From the NCBI GenBank assembly GCA_041662805.1, contig JBAZRU010000001.1:1-35887 (forward strand): 35,887 bases of DNA, in the 5' to 3' direction. The notes under the pieces are model-generated. The model had not been told where the DNA came from. It saw only the letters and a program-made list of their open reading frames with translations, and did not search any database. The position numbers and the translations under genes were made by a program. The DNA comes from Candidatus Hydrogenedentales bacterium (GTDB taxonomy: Bacteria > Hydrogenedentota > Hydrogenedentia > Hydrogenedentales > SLHB01). This document shows, one piece after another, positions 1-10,426 of this stretch. Positions within the stretch are counted from its first letter, which is position 1, and every line of letters starts with the position of its first letter.

Positions 1-891
1 AGGGCAAATCGACTGCGCCGCGCGGTACGCTGGCGCGTCAAATGCGCTCTGCGCGCGCCTGCGCGCATCCTCGTCGAAACGCGGTGGCGGCTCGGGGACG
101 AGATTATGGCGCTTCCAATCTACGAGGCGCTCAAGGCCGAACACCCGTATGCGCGAGTCGACGCGTGGTGCAATTTTCCCGAATTGCTGCTGGACTCTCC
201 CTTTGTCGACGGCGTGTATAGCGGCGACCGCCCTCCCGAGGCTGGCGGGTTGGACCGCTACGTGCTTTTGCGCGGGGCGCCGCGCAATCGGTTCCGGCTT
301 GAACACTATGCGGCCCAGGCAGGCGTGGCCACACCGGAGCACGCGCCCAGGCTCCACTATGCCGATTGGTCGTCGCCCTTGGTTGATGCCATGTCCGAGA
401 ACGCGGGGGACGTAATTGCCGTGAGCACTGGGGCCTCATGGCCCACGAAGCGCTGGCCTGTGGAACGGTGGCGCGCACTGTGCCAATCGCTCCTCGGGCA
501 AGGATATCGCGTGATTCAACTCGGAAAAGGAGACGAACCGATTGGGGTTGGCGATTCTTTCCTGGACAAGACCGGCATTCGAGACGCCGCATGCCTGTTG
601 CGGGCTTCCCGAGTCTTTATCTGCTGCGATTCCGGTCTCATGCACCTTGCCTTGGCGGTGGGGACCCCGGCGATTGCCTTGTTTGGACCTACGGATCCCG
701 CAATACTTATTCGCTCTTCAGACGGGTTTACGTCGATCATGAATGGCCGGCCCTGCTTTGGGTGTTGGAACATCTCTCTTGCGATGACGAAAGAAGGCGT
801 GTGCCCCATAGGGGAACCGCAATGCCTGGGGACGATACCGGAGAGCAGGGTGTTGCAGTGTGTGAAAGAGGCGCTTGATCGTGGTAAGTAG
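1..891 (+). CDS. Glycosyltransferase family 9 (heptosyltransferase-like), 5' end truncated by window edge
   Basis: Frame 1 is open from nt 1. Residues upstream of the listed Met106 read ARILVETRWRLGDEIMALPIYEALK, which is the GT9 N-terminal pattern. The C-terminal CDSGLMHLALAVGTPAIALFGPTDP matches the GT9 donor-binding motif. There is no in-frame ATG/GTG/TTG before 106, so the true start lies upstream of the window. Confidence 0.8.
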   Translation, partial: RANRLRRAVRWRVKCALRAPARILVETRWRLGDEIMALPIYEALKAEHPYARVDAWCNFPELLLDSPFVDGVYSGDRPPEAGGLDRYVLLRGAPRNRFRLEHYAAQAGVATPEHAPRLHYADWSSPLVDAMSENAGDVIAVSTGASWPTKRWPVERWRALCQSLLGQGYRVIQLGKGDEPIGVGDSFLDKTGIRDAACLLRASRVFICCDSGLMHLALAVGTPAIALFGPTDPAILIRSSDGFTSIMNGRPCFGCWNISLAMTKEGVCPIGEPQCLGTIPESRVLQCVKEALDRGK

Positions 892-1933
892 AGACGCGAA
901 ACTCCGCGTATTGTTCCTGACGCTTTATCCCGATGTCGCGGCAAGTCCGCGATATCGGGTGACCCAATTCGTGCCTTTGCTGCAAGCGATGGGGATCGAG
1001 TGCACCGTAGCATCCGCGGTGAGCTTTGACGAGTTTCGGGCGCAACGGCGCCCCTTCTGGTACCACGTAGCGGAGATTCGCAACCGCGTCGCGCAGATTC
1101 ACGACGCAGGCCGATACGATGTTGTCTTCGTACAAAAGGCGATACTTTCGGCATACGTGCGTGGCGCGCACGCGATAGTTCGGCGGCGGGCGCGGCGTTT
1201 GGTCTATGATATAGACGACGCCGTGCATCTACATCCGCCTAATCCCCTGCGCGGAATGCGGCGGATGGTCGAAGATGGGGCGCAGGTGCGGAGGTTGATG
1301 GCTGCAGCAGACCTCGTCCTGGCGGGCAATACCTGGCTGAAACATGAGGCGGAGAAGCACGGGGGAAACGTTACCTTGTTCCCGACGGTGGTGGACACGG
1401 AACGCTTCGCACCCGGGCCGTGCGATGAGCGAAGATTTCGCATCGGCTGGATAGGCAATCCCAGCACGACGCCGCACCTCGCGGCGGCGGTGGAAGCAAT
1501 CGGCAAGATGAAGGACTGCGAAGTGCATTTGATTGGCGCCGATCCCGCGCGGAACCCTGTGCGGAATGCAACGGTTGCTTCTTGGTCGTTTGAGACGGAA
1601 GTGTCCGCTATTCAAAGCTTTAGTGTGGGAATCATGCCTTTACCGAAAGACGAATGGACGCGAGGCAAATGCGCGCTGAAGGCGCTTCAATACATGGCGT
1701 GTGGCGTCCCCTGCATTGCCACGCCCTTTGGGGCGGTGAGGGATATGATCGAGCACGGAGTGAGCGGACTTTTTGCCGACACGCCGCGCGAATGGCTTGA
1801 CGCATTCGAGCGCCTGCGCGACCCGGATGAGCGGCGTCGCATCGGCGAGGCAGGAAGGCAGGTCGTCGCAGACCGATTCAGTCTTTCGGGGGCTGCTCCG
1901 CGCATGGCTGAGTTGTTGGAGGGCCTGGCATGA
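875..1933 (+). CDS. Glycosyltransferase, GT-B fold, GT4 family
   Basis: 352-aa ORF. The C-terminal half has the GT4 pattern (KCALKALQYMACGVPCIATPFGAVRDMIEHGVSGLF). The listed start is TTG at 875. GTG at 881 has better spacing to AGAGG (866-870) and may be the real start. The gene overlaps the GT9 stop (889-891). Confidence 0.8.
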   Translation: MIVVSRDAKLRVLFLTLYPDVAASPRYRVTQFVPLLQAMGIECTVASAVSFDEFRAQRRPFWYHVAEIRNRVAQIHDAGRYDVVFVQKAILSAYVRGAHAIVRRRARRLVYDIDDAVHLHPPNPLRGMRRMVEDGAQVRRLMAAADLVLAGNTWLKHEAEKHGGNVTLFPTVVDTERFAPGPCDERRFRIGWIGNPSTTPHLAAAVEAIGKMKDCEVHLIGADPARNPVRNATVASWSFETEVSAIQSFSVGIMPLPKDEWTRGKCALKALQYMACGVPCIATPFGAVRDMIEHGVSGLFADTPREWLDAFERLRDPDERRRIGEAGRQVVADRFSLSGAAPRMAELLEGLA

Positions 1934-3075
1934 GCGTGTCGCGCGTTCGCACCGTCAAGCGCGTCTGCTATGTGATACCTTCGATGGAACCCGGGGGCAC
2001 GGAGCGGCAGTTGCTCCATCTTCTCGCGGGCCTTACCCGCGACCACGAATTGACGGTCATCTGCACGCGAAGCGAGGGGGCGCTGGCTGGAGAAGCACGC
2101 CGCTTGGGAGCCTATGTATATGTGATTGAGGGCTGGGGCGGCTGGGATTTGTCGTTGGGGTGGAGACTGCGCCGGATCTATCGCGGCCACCGTCCGGACA
2201 TTGTCCACACGTTCCTGTTTGGGTTCGACTTCGCGGCGAATCAGGCTGCGCGCAGAACGGGGGTTCCCGTGGTGGTGTCCAGCCGTCGCGAACTGGCGGT
2301 GTGGCAAAAGCCGAGGCATGTCCGCGTGCAGAAGAGAGCGAACGAATTGGCGGACTGCATCGTGGCCAACAGCCGCGCGGCCGCGGAGTTTGCCGCAAAG
2401 CAAGAAGGGGAGGACCCGTCGCGATACCGCGTGATATACAACGGCATCGACGCTTCGGCGTTTCAGAATACCGCTGTGCCCGAACTGATCCGCACGCGCT
2501 TTTCCATTCCACAAGAAGTCCACGTGATTGGCATGGTCGCCAATTTCAGCCCGGTCAAGGACCACGATCTGTTTCTCAACATGGCGGAAGAGCTGATGCG
2601 GAGGCGAACGGATGTGCATTTCCTATTGGTGGGGACAGGGCCGGGATTGAACGAGGTGCTCGCTACGATATCCGAACGAGGCAGGGAAGCGCATTTTACG
2701 CAGGCATCGTCGATCCACGAGATGGCGGACCTCTATCGAGTCATGTCCGTGTGCGTGCTATGCTCGAAATCCGAAGGATTTCCCAATGCGATTATGGAGG
2801 CCATGGCGGCCGAAAGCCCCGTCGTGGCGGCGGCAGTGGGCGGGATACCCGAGCTGGTCGAAGACGGCGTCACGGGGAAGCTTGTGCATGAAAGAAGCGC
2901 GAGCGCGTTTGCGGATGCTGTGGAGTGGATGCTGGATCACCCCGATGAGCGCGACAAGCTGACGAAGCGGGCAGCCGCGTTCGTGCGGACTGAACTGACC
3001 GTGGAGCGCATGGTCGACGCGCACCGGGCGTTGTATGCGCATTTGCTGGCAAGCGTCACACGAGAAGGAGACTGA
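1930..3075 (+). CDS. Glycosyltransferase, GT4 family
   Basis: 381-aa ORF with an ATGA start/stop overlap with the upstream gene. It carries the motif SEGFPNAIMEAMAAESPVVAAAVGGIPELVEDGVTGKLV (E-x7-E type GT4 signature). Confidence 0.85.
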   Translation: MSVSRVRTVKRVCYVIPSMEPGGTERQLLHLLAGLTRDHELTVICTRSEGALAGEARRLGAYVYVIEGWGGWDLSLGWRLRRIYRGHRPDIVHTFLFGFDFAANQAARRTGVPVVVSSRRELAVWQKPRHVRVQKRANELADCIVANSRAAAEFAAKQEGEDPSRYRVIYNGIDASAFQNTAVPELIRTRFSIPQEVHVIGMVANFSPVKDHDLFLNMAEELMRRRTDVHFLLVGTGPGLNEVLATISERGREAHFTQASSIHEMADLYRVMSVCVLCSKSEGFPNAIMEAMAAESPVVAAAVGGIPELVEDGVTGKLVHERSASAFADAVEWMLDHPDERDKLTKRAAAFVRTELTVERMVDAHRALYAHLLASVTREGD

Positions 3076-3078
3076 GGC

Positions 3079-4971
3079 ATGTGCGGAATCTGCGGAATAG
3101 CGCACACCGACCGCAGCCATTCTCCGGACATGGAACGCGTCGGCGCCATGAACGACGCGTTGAGCCATCGAGGACCCGACGACTCGGGCGTGTGGTCGCA
3201 AGGGCATGTTGCGCTGGCCATGCGACGCCTCAGCATTATCGACCTCTCGCGCGGCCATCAGCCATTCCTGAGCGAAGACGGCTCGCTAGCGCTTGTGTAC
3301 AACGGCGAGGTCTACAACTTCCGAGAGCTTCGCCGAGAGTTGGAAGAGCGTGGCCACACGTTTCGCACGCTCTGCGACACGGAAGTCGTTTTGCATGCCT
3401 ACGAGGAATTCGGAGACGACGCGCTGACGCGGCTCAACGGGATGTTCGCCTTTGCGTTGTACGACGCCGCGAAAGATCGCCTGCTTATCGCGCGCGACCA
3501 CGTTGGAATCAAGCCGCTTTTCTATTCGTACCGAAACGGGGTGCTGCTGTTCGCATCGGAACTGGACGCGCTGCTGCGGTCCGGGCTAGTCGACGGCGCG
3601 CTGAATCCCGCTGCGTTGGACGCGTATTTCACATACTTATACGTCCCTGCGCCGGACACCATCCTTCGGGATGCGATGCAACTGCCGCCCGGGCACAAGC
3701 TTGTTTTCGAGCACGGCGACCTGCGCGTCGAGCCGTACTGGCAGCCCGAGCTTGAAGCCGACCCGACGTGGTCGCACGATTCCGCCGTGGAGCGGTTCAC
3801 GGAATTGCTGCTGGAATGCGTGCGCAGCCAATGCGTAAGCGACGTGCCGTTGGGCGCTTTCCTGAGCGGAGGCGTGGATTCGTCGGCGGTAGTGGCCGCG
3901 ATGTGCGCCGCGGGCGGGGCGCGCGTGCAGACGTTTTCCATCGGATTCGACGATGCCCACGCGAACGAGCTTCGCTATGCCCGCTTGGTAGCCGAGCACT
4001 TGGGCACCGATCACGTCGAAGAGATTATGAAGCCCGACGCGGTAGAGGTTGCTGCGGGCCTTATTCGTCATTTCGGACAACCTTTCGCCGATTCTTCGGC
4101 GGTGCCGACGTGGCTGGTGTCGCGCCTCGCGCGACAACATGTCACGGTAGCTCTGTCCGGCGATGGGGGCGACGAGTTGTTCGCGGGCTACACATGGCTA
4201 CATATGGCGCGCAACGTGCATCGATACCGGCAAGTTCCGGGATTCGCGCGCGCGGCGGTCGACGTGGCGCTACGCCTTTTGCCCAGTTCGCCCAAGGTCA
4301 TGAAGATTCGCCGCTTTAGCAGCGACTCGTTCCTGCATCCCCACGAGGCGTTTCGGCGCAGGCAGACCTGCTTTAGCGGACAGCAACGGGCGCGCCTGTT
4401 TCGGCCCGAAGTTGCCGCGGCGGTCGCTTCCAGCGGTATCGACCGGTTCCGCGAGCACGCGGAGCGGGGAGCGAATCTCGACTACGACAATTGGATGCTC
4501 CGGCAGGATTTCGCGATGTACTTGCCCGACGACATCCTGACGAAAGTGGATCGCATGAGCATGGCGGTATCGCTTGAAGCGCGCGTTCCCCTGCTCGACC
4601 AGCGCATGGTCGCATTCGCGCATAGCCTGCCTTTTGAGCTGAAGCTGGAGGGCGTCGTCTCCAAGCTCGTCGCGAAGAAAGCGCTGAGCGCCTACTTGCC
4701 ATCCGACGTTCTGAAGCAGCGCAAACGCGGTTTCGCGGTTCCGATTCATCGCTGGTTTCGAACGGACCTGCGGGAGCACTTCAACGATGTTGCGCTTTCG
4801 CGTGACGCCAAGCTCCGCGATTACCTCGACCCCACGGCAGTCAAGAACCTTTTCGATACGCACGGCAGTGGCCGCGAGGACCTCGGACATCATCTCTGGA
4901 CCGTGCTCATGTTCGAACATTGGCTGCGCTATGCGGATACGATTCCCGGTTTCTCGCCGGGCTTGGCGTGA
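3079..4971 (+). CDS. asnB: Asparagine synthase (glutamine-hydrolysing) family amidotransferase
   Basis: 630 aa. The N-terminal MCGICGI provides the Ntn catalytic Cys2, and the PP-loop SGGVDSS is present. A GAAGGAG RBS lies upstream of the ATG. Confidence 0.9.
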   Translation: MCGICGIAHTDRSHSPDMERVGAMNDALSHRGPDDSGVWSQGHVALAMRRLSIIDLSRGHQPFLSEDGSLALVYNGEVYNFRELRRELEERGHTFRTLCDTEVVLHAYEEFGDDALTRLNGMFAFALYDAAKDRLLIARDHVGIKPLFYSYRNGVLLFASELDALLRSGLVDGALNPAALDAYFTYLYVPAPDTILRDAMQLPPGHKLVFEHGDLRVEPYWQPELEADPTWSHDSAVERFTELLLECVRSQCVSDVPLGAFLSGGVDSSAVVAAMCAAGGARVQTFSIGFDDAHANELRYARLVAEHLGTDHVEEIMKPDAVEVAAGLIRHFGQPFADSSAVPTWLVSRLARQHVTVALSGDGGDELFAGYTWLHMARNVHRYRQVPGFARAAVDVALRLLPSSPKVMKIRRFSSDSFLHPHEAFRRRQTCFSGQQRARLFRPEVAAAVASSGIDRFREHAERGANLDYDNWMLRQDFAMYLPDDILTKVDRMSMAVSLEARVPLLDQRMVAFAHSLPFELKLEGVVSKLVAKKALSAYLPSDVLKQRKRGFAVPIHRWFRTDLREHFNDVALSRDAKLRDYLDPTAVKNLFDTHGSGREDLGHHLWTVLMFEHWLRYADTIPGFSPGLA

Positions 4972-5070
4972 GTGCCGCGGCAATTCGAGTGTAGCGCGCT
5001 TGACGCGCTGTGTTACGCTTCCTTTGCGTAGCAACCAAACCCACAGTTCGAAATAGACTGGAACGACCCC

Positions 5071-5865
5071 GTGCGTCCCGAGTTATTTACCCTATTCGGC
5101 ATCACATTTTTCGCGTACCGCACGATGCTGGCAGTGGCCTTCGTTGTGGGCACGTTGCTGGCCGCTCGCGAATCGCGGCGGCGCGCGGGAGGCGTCGAGC
5201 TGAGCCCGATGTTCGGGGTGTGGGCATTGGTGGGCGCATTGGCGGGGGCGCGCATGTTCTACGTGGTTCAATACGAAGGGGTGGCAAAGCTCTGGCGCGC
5301 CGCCTTTCTCTGGGAAAGCGGCCTTGTCTTTTATGGCGGTCTCTTGGGCGGGCTTGTGGCCGTTTCGCTCTATCTGTGCTGGAACCGAGCGCCTCTCCTG
5401 GCGTCATTCGACCTCATGGCTCCGTTCCTGGCGCTTGGCGAGGCAATTACTCGCGTCGGGTGTTTCCTTAACGGGTGCTGTTTCGGCGAGCCGTCGAATT
5501 TGCCGTGGGCCGTGCAGTTTCCCGCTCAGGGTTTTGCCTTCATTGCGCAGCGCGAGGCCGGATTGATCAATGCCCGTGCCGCCGCTTCAATCCCCGTGCA
5601 CCCGACCCAACTCTACATGACCCTGGGCCTCGTAGCGGTCTTCGGAGTGTTAATCTATTGTCGTCGCAGGAAATCGTGGGACGGCTCGGTCTTCGTTCTG
5701 TACCTTCTTTTGTATGGCTGCCTGCGCTTTCTCGTCGAAATCCTTCGAGGGGACAGTGTCCGGTCCGTGCTGGGTGTGACGGTGTCGCAAGCGATCAGTC
5801 TTTGCTTGGTCTTATTCGCGGGCGCGCTGTTGGTGGTGCGGCGCAAAAGGAATGTGCGGCCATAG
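5071..5865 (+). CDS. lgt: Prolipoprotein diacylglyceryl transferase
   Basis: 264-aa polytopic membrane protein with a GTG start. Lgt-like motifs are present: LFGITFFAYRTML, ITRVGCFLNGCCFGEPSNLPWAV, HPTQLY and LLYGCLRFLVEILRGD. Confidence 0.85.
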   Translation: MRPELFTLFGITFFAYRTMLAVAFVVGTLLAARESRRRAGGVELSPMFGVWALVGALAGARMFYVVQYEGVAKLWRAAFLWESGLVFYGGLLGGLVAVSLYLCWNRAPLLASFDLMAPFLALGEAITRVGCFLNGCCFGEPSNLPWAVQFPAQGFAFIAQREAGLINARAAASIPVHPTQLYMTLGLVAVFGVLIYCRRRKSWDGSVFVLYLLLYGCLRFLVEILRGDSVRSVLGVTVSQAISLCLVLFAGALLVVRRKRNVRP

Positions 5866-5913
5866 CACGCATGGGCTACAATGCCAATAGCTAGGTTTCA
5901 GGAGAGCATCCCA

Positions 5914-7359
5914 ATGAAGCGAGTCATATTCATGATCCTCCTTACGTTATTTCCCCGCATGCTTGTGGCGCAATCGATCGACATTACCGATCTCGTCGGC
6001 GAGACGTGGTACGGGCTCTACCTGAGCGGACAGAAGTCCGGCTACTCGATGAATGCCGTCGAGAAGCTGGAGGGCGGAGCTGTTGCAGTAACTGAGGACT
6101 CGCACTTCCGTCTGACCATGGGCGGGATCCGGCAGGACATGCGCGTGTACGCCAAACGGCAGTACGCGCCGGACGGCAGCCTTGTGCGCGTCGATTCGGA
6201 AGTGGAGGACAGTCAGGGGACATCCAAGTTCGAGGCGGTGGTACAGGGCGAGGAGATCGTGCTCACGTCGCGGTTGGGCGGACAATCGACGGAAAAGCGA
6301 TTGCCCAAACCCCAGGAGTCTCTGCGCGACGCGCTGAAGCAAGTCGAGCTTGCAAAGGAAGGGGCGAAAGTAGGGGACCGTATTTCCTACGTGCTCTTCG
6401 AGCCGATGAAACCCGGCGAGATTCACGGAACGAGCGAAATCGTAGGTATTGAAGAGCGCATCTTCGACGGCATTCCCACGAAGGTCTTCCGCGTGAAGAG
6501 CGTGCTGGATCTGATGAACATGGAATCGGTCTCGTACGTGACGGAGAGCGGCGTAACGCTGGAAGACACGACCTCAGGCATGCTGACGATGCGTCTGGAG
6601 CCGAAGGAAATTGCCAAGGACGTTACGTACAGCAACGATGTGATCGTGTCGAACGCCGCCATGCTGTCCGAGCCGATCGAGAACCCGCGCGGGCGCGAAT
6701 CGCTTCGGCTGCGGTTGCAGGGCCCTTTGCAGCCCGCGCACCTCTACAACGACGAGCGTCAGAAGATGACGCAAAAGGGCGAAGGGTTCGAGTTCTTCGC
6801 GAAGAAGTTATCGCTGGACGGATTCGAAACCGCGAAGCTACCCATTTCGGACGAATCAGTGAAGGAGTGGATGCAGCCGTCGTTGTTCGTGCAGAGTGAC
6901 GACCCGAAGATCGTGGCCAAGGCCAAGGAGATCGTCGGCGGCGAAACGGATTCGCTGAAGATTTCGCAGAAGCTCTGCGCCTGGGTGTATCGCAACGTGA
7001 AAAGCACGTTCTCGGCGCGGCTCACCAATGCGCGGGAAGTGCTGGACAGCCTGGAAGGCGATTGCACCGAGCACAGCATTTTGTACATAGCGCTGGCGCG
7101 CGCGTCGGGGTTGCCTGCCCGCGAAGTGGCAGGCCTCCTTTACATGCCGGGGTCGCAGCCGGGCTTCTACTTCCATCAATGGGCAAAGGTATGGGTTGGA
7201 AAATGGATCGACGTGGACCCCACCTGGGATGAACCGCTTGCCGACGTGACGCACATCAAGTTGGCCGAAGGCGACCTCTTTCAACAGGCGCAATTGATTC
7301 CCGTTATCGGTCAAATCAAGATAGAAGTCCTGGAAGACACCGCAAACTCCAAACCCTGA
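5914..7359 (+). CDS. Secreted transglutaminase-like (Cys-His-Asp) domain protein
   Basis: The C-terminal core GDCTEHSILYIALARASGLPAREVAGLLY...FYFHQWAKVWVGKWIDVDPT has the transglutaminase-like Cys/His/Asp arrangement. Start chosen at ATG 5914 (MKRVIFMILLTLFPRMLVAQS signal peptide, GGAGAG RBS) rather than the listed 5881. Confidence 0.8.
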   Translation: MKRVIFMILLTLFPRMLVAQSIDITDLVGETWYGLYLSGQKSGYSMNAVEKLEGGAVAVTEDSHFRLTMGGIRQDMRVYAKRQYAPDGSLVRVDSEVEDSQGTSKFEAVVQGEEIVLTSRLGGQSTEKRLPKPQESLRDALKQVELAKEGAKVGDRISYVLFEPMKPGEIHGTSEIVGIEERIFDGIPTKVFRVKSVLDLMNMESVSYVTESGVTLEDTTSGMLTMRLEPKEIAKDVTYSNDVIVSNAAMLSEPIENPRGRESLRLRLQGPLQPAHLYNDERQKMTQKGEGFEFFAKKLSLDGFETAKLPISDESVKEWMQPSLFVQSDDPKIVAKAKEIVGGETDSLKISQKLCAWVYRNVKSTFSARLTNAREVLDSLEGDCTEHSILYIALARASGLPAREVAGLLYMPGSQPGFYFHQWAKVWVGKWIDVDPTWDEPLADVTHIKLAEGDLFQQAQLIPVIGQIKIEVLEDTANSKP

Positions 7360-7369
7360 GCGGCGCTCA

Positions 7370-10351
7370 ATGACGGCACCAACACAGGTTCCCGAGACGC
7401 CTCCCAAGCGCAGGCGCCTCCGGCGCGTCCTCCTGTTTGTGGGGATTGTATTGCCGTTCGCTATCCTGCTCTGGACGGGGTGGCCGCAGACCAAGCTCGT
7501 GGAATGGGCCGCGGGCAAAGCGCTTGGCGCATCCGTGGACGTTGAAGGTTTGTCGCTCATACCCTCCGTACGGATTCGTTCGGTCGTGGTGGCTGCCGAG
7601 TCGTACGCGAAACCACTCCTGCGCGTCGAGAATGCACAGCTCGACTATGCGATGTCGTTGAAGCGCCCGCTGACGGCGCTTTCCGTATACCGCGTGGCCC
7701 TGCATGTCGACGCTTCCGACCCCGCTGCGACCAACTACGCGTTCCTTATGAAAGAACCCAAGAGCGCGACTTCAGAAGGGAATCTACCGTCAAAGTATCT
7801 TCCGCGAACGGTCGCGGTTGAGCGCATCGACCTGAAAGTGGATGCGCCCCAGGCTTCGATGAAACTCGATGGAATGCGTCTCGAAGCGAGCTTTGGGGGA
7901 TCGCTCATCCCGTCCGGGAGGCTCAGCGGAGAACATATCGCGGGATTTGTACAAGGCGAAGATACTGCAACGCGTCAAGAGTTTTCGGATGGGGTTGTGA
8001 ATATCAATTTGGATAACGGAGACCCGATGGCGATCAGCGCCCGCGTTGCGATTCCCGACGCGATCGCGCTGGAGGGAAGTCTGGAGACGCTGAATCTGTT
8101 CATCATCCATTTCGCCACACTCAAACTCCAGGAGTGCCGCATAAACGGGTCCCGTATCGCCGGGCTACTGTCCTTGTTCTCGCCGATGCCGGTATCGTTC
8201 GAGCAGCTTGACCTTTCGGGCACACAGGCCGTGATTACATTTGGAGAGTCTCAGGTCGCACTACTGAAATCCACCATCAACGTTGCTGCTGAAGGGGTGG
8301 TCTTGGGTGCGGCGGGAAGCGAGCTATACGAGGGCGACTTTGCTCTCACGGGCGCCTTCGCCGACCAGCGATTGGAGGGAGAGGCGCGCCTGAACCGCGG
8401 TCAACGAATGAAGGTGATTGCCGAAGGCAATGTGGACAAGGGGACTGGCGCTGCTACGTTGCTCGCGTGGAGCAGAGAGGATTTTGCAGCTGCACTTCCG
8501 GTCACCGTACGGCCCTTCCTGGAGCAGGTTCCCGGATTGCGTCAAGTCGAGGGGACCTTCGAGGCGACTTGGAATCTCCCAAGCTATACGATGAATCTCT
8601 CCATCGACCCAGTTCTTGCGCCTTCCGCGGGGAAACAAAACCAACTCTCCGTGACTGCATCGGGAACAGGGACCACGGATGCCGCTTTTGGGCCGATGCT
8701 GGACGGAAAGGGGACCTTGCGCCTTGGAAAGGGGCAATGCGACGTAAGCGCCATCATCGATTCCTCGACGCGGCTCAAAGGCAATGCCTCGCTGAAGGAC
8801 ATTGATCCCAACCGCATACTCGCGGCTCTGGGATGGCCCGAGCTTCCGCAAGTGGATACGGAGGCGCTCAAAGGTGCGGTGAAGTTCGATATGAACGGCG
8901 AGGCCGTTACTCTCGACATGGATTTGGCAGCAGGCCCCGTGCGCGCGGGTGCGCTCGAAGCACCGGCGGACAAGCCTTTGGAGGTCAAGGGGACTTTGGT
9001 TGCGAACACCAAATCGCGCGAATTCAGGAGCAAGGCATTGGCCATCCGGCTGACCGACAATGGGGCGCTAACCCTGAACGATCTCGGCGTGGAGTTGGGG
9101 CCGCTCGTTGCAACGGCGAATGTTACGGGGAAACTCGATTTCGATTACCTGGCGCCGGACCTCGGTATTTCGGGCCTGTCGGGAGCCGTCGAAATCGACG
9201 CGCCCCTTCGCTACAAAGACGGGGCCGTGAGCGGCAAGGTCGCGCTCAAGGGCGATGGTTTCGGCTACGGCGGCCTTGCCTCGCCCTACGGCACCCCAAT
9301 AATTGTAACGGGAACGGCGCGGTACGACACGAAGGATGGGACGGGTACGCTGGCGGGCCTCAATGTCCTGTGGGGAGACGGGACGAGCGCCACCAGCGAA
9401 AATCTGGCCCTAGCGTCGCTCTCGCCCGTAACGCTTGGCGGCGAACTTGCCGTCGCAACGGACCTTCGCCCCTTGGTCGACCTGCGTTTGCTTGATTCCA
9501 GCGATGGCTCCGGGAACGTCAAAGGGACTGTTGGCTACGCCGCGGATGGCCCTCGCGCCGACCTTGCGTGGGACGTCACCGCGCGCTCCTTCGTGTTGGC
9601 GGATGCCTTGGCCGCCTTGGGCGGCGTCACCGCAAAAGGGTCGTTGCGATACAACGGCGCACCCAGCGGGGAAGGCAAATTCCATGTGGCCAATGCGGCC
9701 GCGGGCGGCGGCTTGCTGACGGAGGTTGACGGCGCGTTTACGCTGGAGAACGGAGTCGTGCGCGCCGATAGAGTGACGGCCACGATGTATGGCGGCGCTG
9801 CGACGATAGATGCGGAGGTAGACCTGTTCGGTCCCGAGGGGCGGGGAAAGTTGACCGCCAAGGTGACGGGCACGAACCTGGAGACGTTCACGAAAGAATA
9901 CAAGCCGCCCGTGGTGTTGCTGACCGGCATCGCTCAAGGGGAGGTGGAACTCGAATGGGCCAAAGTGGGGATCACCGACTTTCGCGTCGAACTCGCCTCC
10001 GACAAGGAGTTCTCGCTCAACCGGGAATCGGTGGAGCAGCTATTGCTGACGGCGCTCACCAGCGAAGTGCCGGGGCTGAAGTTCCTCAACCGGCGCATCC
10101 GCAAAAAGACTATCGGCGACGAGCCTATGCGCAAGTTCGACACGGCGACGGTGTCGCTCCGCCTGGAAGGAGAGCCGGGGGAGAATCAACGGCTGACGGG
10201 TCCGGTGGCCCTAACGAGCGACACCCTGGACTTTACCATCGATTTGGGCGCCGATCTTGGCGCCATTGCCGAGGGGATGCAACTGAGCCAGGATGCCCAG
10301 CTTGAAGACATCGAAAAGATCTCGACCGACCCGCTACAATGGAACGAGTAG
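7370..10351 (+). CDS. ydbH: AsmA-family large envelope protein, YdbH-like (putative intermembrane lipid-transfer protein)
   Basis: 993 aa. After a basic stretch there is a single N-terminal TM anchor (LRRVLLFVGIVLPFAILLW), then a long Gly/Ala/Leu/Thr-rich predicted beta-rich body with an AsmA-like N-terminus (AAGKALGASVDVEGLSLIPSVRIRSVVV). It is immediately followed by YnbE-like and YdbL-like coding sequence, the same order as E. coli ydbH-ynbE-ydbL. The symbol is by synteny and analogy only. Confidence 0.65.
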   Translation: MTAPTQVPETPPKRRRLRRVLLFVGIVLPFAILLWTGWPQTKLVEWAAGKALGASVDVEGLSLIPSVRIRSVVVAAESYAKPLLRVENAQLDYAMSLKRPLTALSVYRVALHVDASDPAATNYAFLMKEPKSATSEGNLPSKYLPRTVAVERIDLKVDAPQASMKLDGMRLEASFGGSLIPSGRLSGEHIAGFVQGEDTATRQEFSDGVVNINLDNGDPMAISARVAIPDAIALEGSLETLNLFIIHFATLKLQECRINGSRIAGLLSLFSPMPVSFEQLDLSGTQAVITFGESQVALLKSTINVAAEGVVLGAAGSELYEGDFALTGAFADQRLEGEARLNRGQRMKVIAEGNVDKGTGAATLLAWSREDFAAALPVTVRPFLEQVPGLRQVEGTFEATWNLPSYTMNLSIDPVLAPSAGKQNQLSVTASGTGTTDAAFGPMLDGKGTLRLGKGQCDVSAIIDSSTRLKGNASLKDIDPNRILAALGWPELPQVDTEALKGAVKFDMNGEAVTLDMDLAAGPVRAGALEAPADKPLEVKGTLVANTKSREFRSKALAIRLTDNGALTLNDLGVELGPLVATANVTGKLDFDYLAPDLGISGLSGAVEIDAPLRYKDGAVSGKVALKGDGFGYGGLASPYGTPIIVTGTARYDTKDGTGTLAGLNVLWGDGTSATSENLALASLSPVTLGGELAVATDLRPLVDLRLLDSSDGSGNVKGTVGYAADGPRADLAWDVTARSFVLADALAALGGVTAKGSLRYNGAPSGEGKFHVANAAAGGGLLTEVDGAFTLENGVVRADRVTATMYGGAATIDAEVDLFGPEGRGKLTAKVTGTNLETFTKEYKPPVVLLTGIAQGEVELEWAKVGITDFRVELASDKEFSLNRESVEQLLLTALTSEVPGLKFLNRRIRKKTIGDEPMRKFDTATVSLRLEGEPGENQRLTGPVALTSDTLDFTIDLGADLGAIAEGMQLSQDAQLEDIEKISTDPLQWNE

Positions 10352-10426
10352 GCTGAGCGCAAGGAATCTGGATCGAATAAAACCTGGGTTCGGGTCGTCT
10401 CATACACAGCCGAGGAGGAAGGCCCA

